Origin: Callorhinchus milii
Taxonomy: Eukaryota
Direction: 5' to 3'
Assembly: GCF_018977255.1 (NCBI RefSeq)
Contig: NW_024704758.1
Location: forward strand, 13,268,001 to 13,332,000
DNA: 64,000 nt
The notes under the pieces are model-generated. The model worked only from the letters and a program-made list of their open reading frames with translations. It was not told the DNA's origin and did no database searches. Below, piece by piece: positions 52,540-64,000 of the stretch. The number at the start of each line of letters is the position of its first letter. Position 1 is the first letter of the stretch. A program made the translations under genes and the position numbers.

Positions 52540-53246
52540 CCAGTCTCCCAGTCCCAGCCAGTCCCCCAGTCCTCCCAGTCCCAGCCAGTCCCCCAGTCTC
52601 CCAGTCCCAGCCAGTCTCCCAGTCCCAGCCAGTCTCCCAGTCCCAGCCAGTCCCCCAGTCCCCCAGTCCCAGCCAGTCTCCCAGTCCCAGCCAGTCTCCC
52701 AGTCCCAGCCAGTCCCAGCCAGTCCCCCAGTCCCAGCCAGTCCCCCAGTCCCAGCCAGTCCCCAGTCCCAGCCAGTCCCCCAGTCCCAGCCAGTCCCCCA
52801 GTCCCAGCCAGTCCCCAGTCCCTCAGTCCCAGCCAGTCCCCCAGTCCCAGCCAGTCCCAGCCAGTCCCAGCCCCCAGTCCCAGCCAGTCCCCCAGTCCCA
52901 GCCAGTCCCCCAGTCCCAGCCAGTCCCCAGTCCCAGCCAGTCCCCAGTCCCAGCCAGTCCCCCAGTCCCTCAGTCCCAGCCAGTCCCCAGTCCCAGCCAG
53001 TCCCCCAGTCCCTCAGTCCAGCCAGTCCCAGTCCCAGCCAGTCCCCCAGTCCCCAGTCCCAGCCAGTCTCCCAGTCCCAGCCAGTCCCTCAGTCCCAGCC
53101 AGTCCCCCAGTCCCCCAGTCCCAGCCAGTCCCCCAGTCCCAGCCAGTCCCCCAGTCCCAGTCAGTCCCCCAGTCCCAGCCAGTCCCCCAGTCCCAGCCAG
53201 TCCCCCAGTCCCTCAGTCCCAGTCAGTCCCCCAGTCCCAGCCAGTC
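52540..53246. repeat. C-rich minisatellite built from CCAGTCCCAG / CCAGTCCC / CCAGTCTC units
   Basis: About 700 bp tandem array, dominant period about 17-18 bp, read directly. Confidence 0.97.
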
Positions 53247-53342
53247 TAGTGGTCTTGTGTTGTTGGATGGATGCCTGAGACCTTGCACACAGCGATGGCC
53301 CCGCAATAAAGAAGCCAACACAAGCGCTCTCCACACCAGCCC

Positions 53343-53537
53343 ATGTCGGAACAGGCACCTGAGTTTGGGGCAATGGAGCCCACTGGAGCAGCTGAGCGTC
53401 CAGACTGTGCAGAGGGGGACCCACTGGCACAAGGCTGCCCTGCCCAGGGCAATGGGACCCCAGGAGAGAGCCCAGCACAGAGGGATCCTATGACTGAGGT
53501 CCTGCTGAGCGACCCGACCCTACAAGAGGAGGTCATT
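53343..53537 (+). CDS. Candidate alternative first coding exon of the ANO1-like gene (65 aa, MSEQAPEFGAMEP...PTLQEEVI)
   Basis: GC-rich ORF preceded by an in-frame stop (TAA 53307) and ending exactly at a phase-0 ATT|gtaagt donor compatible with the acceptor at 59705. Confidence 0.6.
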
Positions 53538-56169
53538 GTAAGTCTCCTTTTTTTTCTGCCTTCCCTGTTTATTAGCAAAGGGAATCACCCCATAACCCTC
53601 CAGCCCACACCGTGCTTCACCCACCAAGTCATAATGCGGGGTCACCCAAAAACATAGACGCAAATACCATCCATTACAATGTTTAATGAGTCTTGAAGAA
53701 ATGATGATATTTTGAGATTTTTTAATATATATATAGATAATAGGGTAGATAGCACGACTTTTGGGGTCACCCTGTACTTAAGGCTTTTGTGCATTTTCTT
53801 TGTATTTTTTTTTAAAAAATGTTTTAAAACTATTTGATCAAATGGTAGCACTTTCTTAAGGCACAATCTTTGCTTTTTTTAAAAAAAAAACAATTAAAAC
53901 TCGCTTTCAGGAAGGAGTTTACTTGGTATTGGGAGCTAAGGAACTGTGATCAGGATAGGTTCTGCTTGGACTTGTTAAAAAAAAACCTAAATGATTTAGT
54001 GCGAGTGTGGTGAGTTCTTACTCTGTTTTCTTTCTCTCTCCCAAACTTCTGTCAGACCCATTATAACTCGAGGGCAGGTGATGGAAAGTTTTAATGTACT
54101 TCATATGAACGTGAGCTCTCCAATTCCAACTCCATCTCCGCTTCCTTCCTTCCCCAAGGTTTATTGTTGAACAAAACAGAATACGACTTTAGAGGCTTTA
54201 AATACTGTCTACAGTAAATTTAACATGTACAGTAAATAGATATGCAGCTCTTAACTATTTCAATCCACTACTAAGGCACCTCGTTTTGTGTTGTGTGAGC
54301 AACGTTTCTTGGTCTACACTGATGTTATTTCAGTGCAAGGGAATTCAGATTTGGTGCAGGTTGTTGAATCTCCCTGAGTGTTTTTGTCCTCTAAATGTCC
54401 TCCAATATATAGATAGCTGACTCCTTGCCTTGTGGGTTCTGCTTCTATACCTGGCTGCAATGGCTCTCATTGCTTTGTAAAGCCTTGGCAGCCAGTCAGT
54501 CAGTGCCAGCAGGTTATTCAAACACCATGTGGGGGCATCCCAGTCAAAGCTGTCAACTACTTAATGTCCATATATTCATTTCCAACCAGCTTTCTTTGAA
54601 GAGTGATCAAGCATGGGGACCCTGACACATTTCTGCTTCTCCCTCTGCCCTCAATTCAGGGGGCTGAGGCCAATTGCCATCGCCCCTCATCTCACCTGTC
54701 CTGGATGAAATTAGTTAACACATTGTGGATCAGAGATTAAATCTGGATTGTCCCTTTCTGTGTAGCACAGCTACTCATTGAATTAAACCCATTGATTTTA
54801 AAATATCATTGATCCTAATGGACATCTGCAACTTTATCAAACATATGACTGTACCAGTGTTGCTGATTTTGTTTTGAGGTTTCCCCCCCACCCCCTCTTA
54901 AATAGTTTATTTTCCTTATTGTACTAATCTGCTGCAGACTTCTTTCGTGTTTAATGATCTGCTTGCAGGTCGTGATTCAGTGTGGTATTAAGTGCAGTTG
55001 AACAGGATGCAAAGTGGGCAGCTGTGCTTCTGAGTGTCAGTTTTATTAGTTTTGAGCGGGTTAAAAGCGGTGCTTCACATAAACTTGTTTGTGAGGCTCG
55101 TGGCTGAAGCATGAGTTGATGATCTCTAATTGTATGAGTGGCTAAAAGATTATAGGGAGTGAGTGAGGGGTATCTCATGGGCGTTAAATCCTAGTTAATG
55201 AGTGGGGTCTGCCTAATTTATGGTGGGGAGGGGAAGGAATTGTATCTGGTGAGTGGGGGAAGATTTTAATCACAGTCCCATTGGATTACCTCTTCATGTC
55301 TTTAAATCCATGTCAGTATGAAACCAGTCTGTTTTTCTCGTCTTTGCATTCGATATGCCACCTTTCGTGTTACAAAGTGCTTCACAGGATTTCTGTAAAG
55401 TGTAGTGACTGTATATTTTGTAGGTGAACACGGTGAACAGTCTGTGTATTGCGTAGGTGAGCAATCACTGTGTGAACAACGATGTTCAATGTTTAGTTCG
55501 CTACTCTGAAAACTTATTTTTAAATATTATGTTGAGCATTACAAAACAGTCACTACACTTTATGGTAAAGAACTGATAGAGTAGTTGTCGTTCAACTTGT
55601 AGATATTAAGTTGTACTACTTCAGACCAATTTAAGGTTTGTTTTAAAATTTTAAGGTTTATTCCTGTCGCGAAGTGCACTGAGACATCACCTTCCATGAA
55701 GGGTGCTATATCACTGCAAGTTCTTGTTTGTTGTTTGAAATGTGGTTTGCCACCAGCAGCTCTAAGATATCCAATCCACAATCCTGTTGTTGATCAAGGT
55801 GTTCAATGCTAAAACTGTACGGATTTAAATGGTTAAACAGTACCCCAACGCACACTTTGGGGACTCCAGAGCCTTGGCTCTCCCCAACCTGCACCCAATA
55901 CTCTCCAGAATTGGGTGCGCAGGATGTGTCCCTCTAGGGAGAGAGTGCGCATCACATTTCAGAGACTGTTGCTCTGAATTCACGCCTTATTTACTTCTCG
56001 ACTATATTGTTTTTCAAACACACTCTACTGTCTCTCTAGTTTCACCATTAGTAAACCCCAATTAATCCCAAACTGTGCCACCACGCCGCACTCTGCATGA
56101 CGAGCAATCCAGTTCTCACTAGCTTCCACTGGCGTTCGGTCTCTGAACAGATCGAACTTAAGGTACACT

Positions 56170-56500
56170 GACCTATGAATCCCTTGGTGCCCTAACCCCT
56201 CCCTATCTCTATGCTCTTCTCCTACCCCACTCTTCTGCATGCCCTTCCCACTTGGCTAACTCGCGCTTGTTGCATGTCCCCCGTCCCCTCCGCACCACCA
56301 TCAACGCAATCAGCCCCTAACCTCTGCAACTCCCTCCCTCTGTCCGCCCCACCGTCTTTAAATCCCATTTAAGAGCCTACCTCTTCGACCGCAAGTATAG
56401 TCACTTTTCCCTCCCCCTTCTCCCCTGCTGTCCCATCTTTGTGAGTTGCTCCAAGATGTTATCATACATGAAGGATGCTATATGAATGCAAGCTGTTATT
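56170..56500 (+). mobile_element. L2-clade LINE 3' fragment
   Basis: C-rich degenerate ORF2 end (CTCTGCAACTCCCTCCC; TTTAAATCCCATTTAAGAGCCTACCTCTTCGAC) plus tail GCTATATGAATGCAAGCTGTT. Similar remnants at about 5440-5770 (-), 28455-28640 (+) and 49990-50140 (+). Confidence 0.7.
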
Positions 56501-59500
56501 CACCTTAATAATATAAGAGTATATAGTAACTATATAGTAATTATATTATATAGTAACTGCTGTTGCTATTATTCAGATTGGCCCTATTAATGCCACAGTT
56601 AGGTGAAATTTAGCCAACCATAGTTTAGTTCGATGTTAGAAGTAACGGGCTAGTTTATGTTTTATTTTGCATGTTAAATTTCCCCCCAGTATAAATTGGA
56701 CTTGTATATGTGTTTATTTGCGAGTGAAAAGTTTTAAGATGTGCTCTGATTGTCACCAGACACTAGGTTATAATGTATAATGACCTGAATTGATTTTGTT
56801 GGTCAACAGAGACAATTGACAAAGGGAATTGCATTTCAGTACATTATTCTGGATCTGAAATCACCAGCAAAATGACTGTTGAAGTACAGCATACAGTATT
56901 ATAAGCATTTCTGTGTGTGCTGAGCTAGAACTAGCCCGGAGGCGGGTCTTACGCTGATCACTTTGCCCCATTCTAATATTTAGCTTTCTCCTCTTACCTC
57001 AATTCCATATATAAACTGCATGTTTCACTCTAGTCGAATGCTGCTTTTGCTAAGTTGCTTTACACATGACTGGGCTCCAATTCATTTTGGATGACTGCAA
57101 GAGTCTTATATGAAAATGGAGAAGGGCCAACTTATTTCCAGTTCCTCATGGCATACAGTCACAATAGAGGCTGCCTGTAGTTTGCTATAGATTGACCCTA
57201 AACTTGAAGACTTTATGGACAATTATTGGGTTGCTGTAGGAAATCAAAAGTCTGTACCTGTGCTATAGATGGTGCTCTTCTATAGATTGGTTTACGACTG
57301 ATTGTTTAAACAGCAGAGGGAGCTTTACTCTGCATCTGGCTATGATGTATTCTACCTGAAGCAACATGGAGCTTTGCTATCCATCTGGTGAGGTGACCTA
57401 AAGAATGTGGTTGATGTTGACTGTGTGATGAAAGTGGAAAACTGCAGTCACATCCTTCATCTCTCCTCCACCCAAAAAAAAAATGTATACTCAATCCACG
57501 ACAGTTTGTGGGACACTGCTGAGCACAATTGGCTCCCGGGTTTTGACCACCAAACACACAGTCACTACACTCTACAGTGTGTTCTGTGAAGCGCTTTGAG
57601 ACATCTCAACGACGTGATCAGGCGCTATATATATGTTATATACAGAATTTACATATGCGCATAAGCAAATCTTTTTAAACCATAAATGTAGAACAACAGT
57701 GTTGAGAGCATCCATCATAACTGGAGTAGTTCATGGATTCCATATACTCAACTCAGATTACAGCTCTGACAGGTTCTTCCAAGTGCTCTGGACTCATTGA
57801 ATAACCAGAATATCTCCCTGATGATGGTGACGAGCAAACAGATCTGCTATAACTCACTGTCAATGCTGAGATATTGTCTATTTATTGCAATTAATTATTA
57901 GATATGAGCCAAAGTTAAACTTTGGCATGCTTTGAATTATTCTTGAGTAAATATTTACTACTACACTAAATGATAACTTTGCTTCTACAGTAGAAACAAA
58001 AGCAAAATACATTCCATTTGCAGTTCCAAATGGTACTGCAGTCAAAATGATTTGTAGGCAAAGCAGATCTTAACTGGTCCTGGCTTTTTCTATAAATTGT
58101 TCCATCAGTTATCTGACCAGAGAAGCACAGAATGCATTTTCAATTTTTAAAAAATCCAGACTGCCACTCACACAGCAATTTAAGTTTAAAACGTTTACAT
58201 TTCCAAACACAAGTTTTATCTCGGCTGATTTATTTCTAATAATCAGTTTGTCGGGAGATAATGGCACAATATCACCATTTAGTCCTACTTCTTTCAGCTG
58301 CATGATCTGAATCTGAATCCAGCCCAGCAGGATTCATTGCAATTCAATTCTCTTCTGTCAAGTGGATATATAGGCCCTACACAAAATCGATCTAGGTGAT
58401 TGTAAACTAGCTGCTGATGGGTTTAAGAGCACATCTTAAAACTCCCCAAATTCAGCATATATTTGTGTACCAAATTGATAATCTTTCACGCTGAGAGTCT
58501 GCAGGAATGGTTGTTTGGGAATATGAAAATCCACTTGTCTGGTGCAATGAGACGTGCTATTCTGAGGCTGCATTGGAAAGTTACTTTGCATGCTACCTGC
58601 ATTATATCTGACCTGGTAGAATGTCAAACATGGAAGTTCTTCCTATCCAGATTTGAATGGATTTGCTTTAATGAGCTCAAACATCACCAGTTTTATGCAC
58701 TTTTTGTTTCAAAAAACATAATTACTTAAACCATAAATACTTATGAGATTTTTTGGTGGGTTGCCAAGTAGCAAAATTAAAAACAAAACTCTAATTAATG
58801 TGCACGGTTGAAAAGAAATGATCACTGATGCACATCGGGTTAATTGGTGTAGCTCTCAAAATATTCAGCTTGTTTTTTTGCTATCAGATTCCACAGTCGA
58901 AATAAAATTGGCCACACACGTCAAGGCTATTTTGTGAGACGTTGCTGTGTGCAAATTGGTTGCTGAGTTTGTCTACAAAACACAGTCCCTATGAGTATGT
59001 TGAATATCTACCGCACTGAAGTCATGATCAGAAAGAAGAGCTCTTCCTTCCCTGCTTCTTGATGATTGATTGTTTGAAAATTAATTTTTGCCAATTTCTT
59101 CTACAATTATACACCTGACATTTACTATACTGGTGAGATGCTGCAGGGCTGTAACTGTTCTTATTTGGAGATGATAGAGTGGGTATCGTGGAAGGATAAA
59201 TGAAAAGGGCCAAAGGGCCTCCATTATTTGTGACTCTGATTTTTAAATTTCCTTATTTTACCAACCGTTCATTGTCGGTGCCAACTTACAGCCAATCCTG
59301 CCTCCATAATGATTTGTTTACCTCCACTGTACTTAGCCCGGGTGGGGTTGTGGGGGGGAGGGGGAACTGAAATCAATATGCGCAGACCAATCCTTGGACT
59401 TTCTTGATGTCTGTGTTAGTTTTCAATGCATTTATCAACTGAAGCAATCCACAACTGTTTGGCGGCTGTATTTCGCTCATAAAATATACAGCCGATTCAC

Positions 59501-59704
59501 TTTAGGGTATATTCTGTGAAACGCTTTAAGATGTCTTGAAGACATAATAAGGCGCGATATCAAATGTAAGGATTATTTATTATTATGTTTGACTCTACTC
59601 TGCAAAATCTCAAAATTCAGCTGACATGTAAACTAATGTTCCTCTTCTCTTGTGTTTGTGTTTTTTTTGCCCACAACCCCACCCCCTCCACCCCAACCCC
59701 CAAG

Positions 59705-59992
59705 ATATTGAACACCATCTCTTCCGACCAGGACACTCAGTCACGGGACGGTTTGTACTTCCAGGATGGGAAGCGACGCGTGGATTACGTGCTGGTCTAT
59801 CAGTTCAAGAAGTCGAGCCGCAAAGGGGCGGGCTCCCGCAACCGGGAATCAATGAACAGCCGACGCCAGGAGCCAGACCCTGAGATTGGTTTACAGCCAG
59901 TGGATTTCCCCGAGGATGACAGGAGGTTACGCAGGGAGGAGTACGAGCATAACCTCCTCGAGACGGGATTGGAACTGGAAAGCGACGAGGAG
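59705..59992 (+). CDS. ano1: Anoctamin-1-like exon, N-terminal cytosolic/dimerisation region
   Basis: Translates ILNTISSDQDTQSRDGLYFQDGKRRVDYVLVY...DFPEDDRRLRREEYEHNLLETGLELESDEE, matching ANO1 GLYFRDGRRKVDYILVY and REEYEGNLLEAGLELE; 288 bp, phase 0/0. The gene continues beyond the window. Confidence 0.95.
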
Positions 59993-62900
59993 GTAACTCC
60001 ACACACATAGATACAGGCATCGGAAAGTATTTCAGAGAGATTATCTAAGTCTTTTTGGAGTATGTAATTAGGTGGAGAGATATATATTATTTTCTCTCTC
60101 TGAGGATCACTGATCATATGGATTTCTGGGGACAGAATACAAATCTATAAGTTTAGCTAATATGAATGTGATTTCAGATGTTGTCTTCTTGTTTTATTGA
60201 GGGGGCATGTTAATATTATTTGAAACCCATAAATATCAGATCATGTGTATCCCTTGGTGAGATGGTGACTCTAAAGCAACTTTTATACAGCTCCTTTGAC
60301 ATGAATTACATGTCCCAGTGCTTTAAGAACTAAAATTGATTAGAATTTTATGATTCCTCAGTTGGAAGAGCATCAGTATGCAGAACTAATTGGATCAGGG
60401 TAAGAAGTTACAATAGGCTTGATCTTATAAAAGTAAAATACATTAGTTAGGGTACATCTTTTTTCTCTCAGTACTTCTGATAATAACTGTATATCCATCT
60501 TTCATAGCTGGTCACTTTCATTACTACAGGTCCTAGTAAAATTATTGTTTTGATTATGACTTTTGATTTGCTTAGTAACCATCACCCTTGTATAATCCCA
60601 TGGTAGCAGTTATATAGGTACAGCTACATATTCTGTAGAGCTCTGAAAACATTTAAATAGAAACGCATCTTAGCTATGACATACAGATTTGTTCTGCTGC
60701 ATCCTATCTCACTTAGTCCATCTAAACATTTTTTGCTGCAGAGGAATTTCAGACTAAGGTTGATTGTGTCAGCTCAGAGTAGGTGCTGCAGTGACTGATG
60801 TGCTGCATTGCATACAGAATACACTCAGGCGTCTATAAAATTTAGCAAGCTAGCCATTCAGCGAAAGGTACAAGTCTCAAGTCTGTGCCAGGAACTTTGG
60901 AAACGAATTAGCAAGGAATGCAGGAATCTATCTTGTTACATTGTACTTGGCAGGATGGGGAACTTTCATTCTAGTTACTGATGCAATTTGCTTTGGGTGA
61001 GAAATTAAAACCCAGCAGGTGAATAACCGTGAGAAACCAGAAACAGACACCAGTGCAGAGAATATAATGGCAGGTCAATGTTTAAGTTCTAAATGAAAAA
61101 TTTAATCTACAAAAAACATCCGGTGTTTTTAACGTGAGTGGGTGAAAGGCACGATGATGATTGCAGTATCACATTATGTAAAAGCAGATTTTTTTTTCTG
61201 TAATCCCATTCCTGAATGCGTGGAAAAATACTGTAGACAGTCCAAAGGCCAATAGATAATAGAGGTCATAGGAACTGACACAATTATTTAAATGACACAA
61301 GGGATATTTTACAGTGAGTCAAATGTAGTTTTCTCATATTTTTAGTATCATTGTGAGTGTGTACATGTATAGAGATTTGTTTGCTATTTTGTAATGCTCA
61401 GCTTTTATTGCAATTACTTTATTTTGCATTATATATAATACAATTATAGGTTATTGAATGAAATTACAACTTCAATGTAATAACATTTTGCTTTTAAGAT
61501 TTGAAACGATTTAATTTTTTTGGTGGGAATTAGTGTCTTGGAAACGTATTGCTTATCTGACATGGAATAATTGAACTGATTTTCTCCAATGGGATGCCAA
61601 AGTTCGCCTGACAGAAAATGTGGTTGTTTTTAGTAACAAACACTTGAATTAAAAAAAATAGTATGTGCAAATCCAATTTTTTCTGGGAGTGTTGCACCCT
61701 AAATGCATAAATACTGCTGGTTACTTCAACCTGAAATTGCTCGCTGCTACCCATACGTATGCTTTTGTCACATGTGGGGTCTACGTATGTCCAGTGCAAG
61801 TGATGTATAGTAAATTTACTTACGGGGAGGGATGGTTTTATGTGTTTAACAGTAAGTAAGGACTTTTCAAGAAAACTCATTGCCTCTGTGATCTGCTTGT
61901 AATAATGAAAACAGAATCACTGTTTGCTATGCTGTTCATAACATGCAGAGGGGAGAGGAAGGAAGAAAATGAGTGTTGGCTTCAGGGTGTATACTTGCTG
62001 TGGATCAGCAAAGCTCATGTTCTCTCATACATTTAAAGCTGACATTTTGCGTCCTTAGCATTGTGTGTAAAATGTTTTATTATCTTGCTTGGTTGAGCAT
62101 TGCATCTCTTGTATATTGTTTGTCTTTTTACATTATTCCCTCACTGCTGCTTGCCTGGCACTCAGAATGATCTCAGCTGTGATTCCAGTCCAATAATGAA
62201 AAGAGCTAATAGCTTTGAACCCATGCAAGATTCAAAAGGGGACCCGGAACTGGTAGGAGCAATTACTTAGCGATCAGCCTGGTGTAAAGTAGATGGTTCT
62301 AGTTTGTAGTCATTAGCTTCTTCGTATCTAGCTGTACACTTGCATTACTCACAACAACTTGCAATGGATTACAAACTGAATCAATTTAGTATTTTGCCTG
62401 AAATCGACCAACTCTGCAGCCAATACCAGGAGCTGAATGGAACGCTTTCCTGGTTAGCACAATGTGGAATTACCATTATAGAAGGTGAAATTACCGTATG
62501 TACTGAGCCAAGAAGGAGTTGCTCCCAAGCTCCATTTAACATGGCATATTTTGCTGCTCCAGCCATATCTGGTCCATTTTGACCCCTTTGTCTGTGTAAG
62601 TCTAGTGATGTTGGCACAGGATACACTGTGCAGCAGCTCAATGTTAGTCATTCTCCCCATCATAAGTATCGTTGGGGGGAAGACTATTTATCTGTTCTAT
62701 CCACTTAAAAGGTCTCACTGTGCTAGCAAATTATTATTACAAATATTAGTTGTAAAAGGCTTCTTGCCAATTTCAAGTTCAGCTTTCATTAACCCTCCAC
62801 CATTGTAAATGTGTTCATTTTCTACTGTTGAATTGTTAAGTAAAACTAATGAATTTAGAATCTGGCACAAGGTGCCTCTGGGTCCAATACACATTAAATA

Positions 62901-64000
62901 CCCAAGTGCATTTCACTCTGCTATTTTAAAATAAAAACACTGGTTTTAAATATTAGGACAGATGTAAAGCCTGTGATGTATCTGTTTGATTTAAAATGAT
63001 TAATAGTCTCAGCGTTTCATAACAATCAAAAAGATGAGCTATTGAGATGGGAAGATTCTTTTGAATCTCAATTTATAACTTAATTTCAGGAAACAAGTTA
63101 TAATTTGACCAAATGTGAAATTTTGGTTTGGGGTCACGCATAGTTTTCTATACACAATTTAGAGAGCGAGTGAAGTAGCAGTTTTACTACCACATTATTC
63201 ATTGGGACAGAATCATAACCTCGGTGCCACATTAATCCTTTGTGAAATGTTTGCCCTGTCCACTTCACGCTACAGAATATGAACTTTTGGCCTGTGTAAA
63301 TTGCCTGTGGTTGGTTTATAATAAATGACCAAGCTTGGTTGTAACTCAGTCTGGTTGACTGTCCTTCCTACAATCCCTGGTTTGACTCGTCGTCTATTCT
63401 AAAAGAATCTTACTTAGGCGTCAAGATGAAAGGAAGTTCTCACTAAGAGTACCCAGTTCGTCACTTAAGATTTTCTTTACAAATAGCACAAAGGGATTTA
63501 GGTGAAGAAGACCATTCAGTCCATTTGATCTCGTCCTTCTAAGATATCACCCATCCCTTCCTCCCATCACTGCACCAAGTTTTTGTTTTAAAATTAACTC
63601 ATCACTTTTTGGCTGAACTGAAAATACACCATTGAACAAACCAATTTCAATCCTCTTGAGTTATGCATCACTTTGCTTTCCCCTTTTCTCCCACACGTCA
63701 TGAACATAATGAAACAAAAAAAGTATCGCTATTTCAAACTGCGTAGGTCACACCAATTATTCATCCCAGCTTGTCTCAGTGACTAATGCAATTTCTGTGA
63801 CTTCTGTAGGTTTCTAGTAAATACTCTTATGTCTGTGGTGGTGGCTCTCTGTGAAACTTTGTTTGGTGGTTCTGCTACTAAGTAGATTGTTACCGTGAAA
63901 TGAACTGATGACGTGTGTTCCTGAATAACATTTACTGGCATTTTGAAAGGGTGCTATTTGTACTGCGTTATTATCTTTATATCAGGGCCAAGTATACAAC

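Noticed and set aside
52435-53493. 352-aa and 268-aa Pro/Ser/Gln-rich ORFs
   Set aside because: They arise from a stop-free minisatellite, have non-ATG starts, and are out of frame with the spliceable exon at 53343.
58240-58440. Possible LF-SINE-like ancient repeat (similar decayed pieces near 26290, 50480 and 54430)
   Set aside because: Too degenerate to assign by eye; needs a profile-HMM search.
1-64000. CRISPR arrays, rRNA genes, intact transposase/RT genes or viral inserts
   Set aside because: None seen. The recurring motifs are dispersed SINE/LINE tails rather than regularly spaced repeat-spacer units.

Overview
This is AT-rich vertebrate genomic DNA. The repeat content (tRNA-derived SINEs with L2-type tails, Deu-domain SINEs, CR1/L2/RTE remnants) points to a cartilaginous fish, probably a holocephalan; that assignment is inference. 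Two spliced genes, read by hand from splice sites, lie head-to-head. The first is a BAX-like pro-apoptotic gene on the minus strand (CDS about 30412 down to 27495; five exons certain, exon-1 donor ambiguous). The second is the 5' part of an anoctamin-1-like (TMEM16A) gene on the plus strand, with confident exons at 46451-46641 and 59705-59992, a candidate upstream exon at 40987-41044 and a candidate alternative first exon at 53343-53537. Notable extras are a near-consensus p53 element upstream of bax, paired substitutions at the BAX D98/S184 positions, co-oriented CTCF-like motifs, a 74-bp near-perfect inverted repeat pair, a small MITE-like family, and two anticodon variants of one SINE family. 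Most ORFs in the supplied track are spurious. I found no evidence of a wholly new multi-gene system. The best lead is a possibly unrecognised ANO1/2-group paralogue linked to bax.
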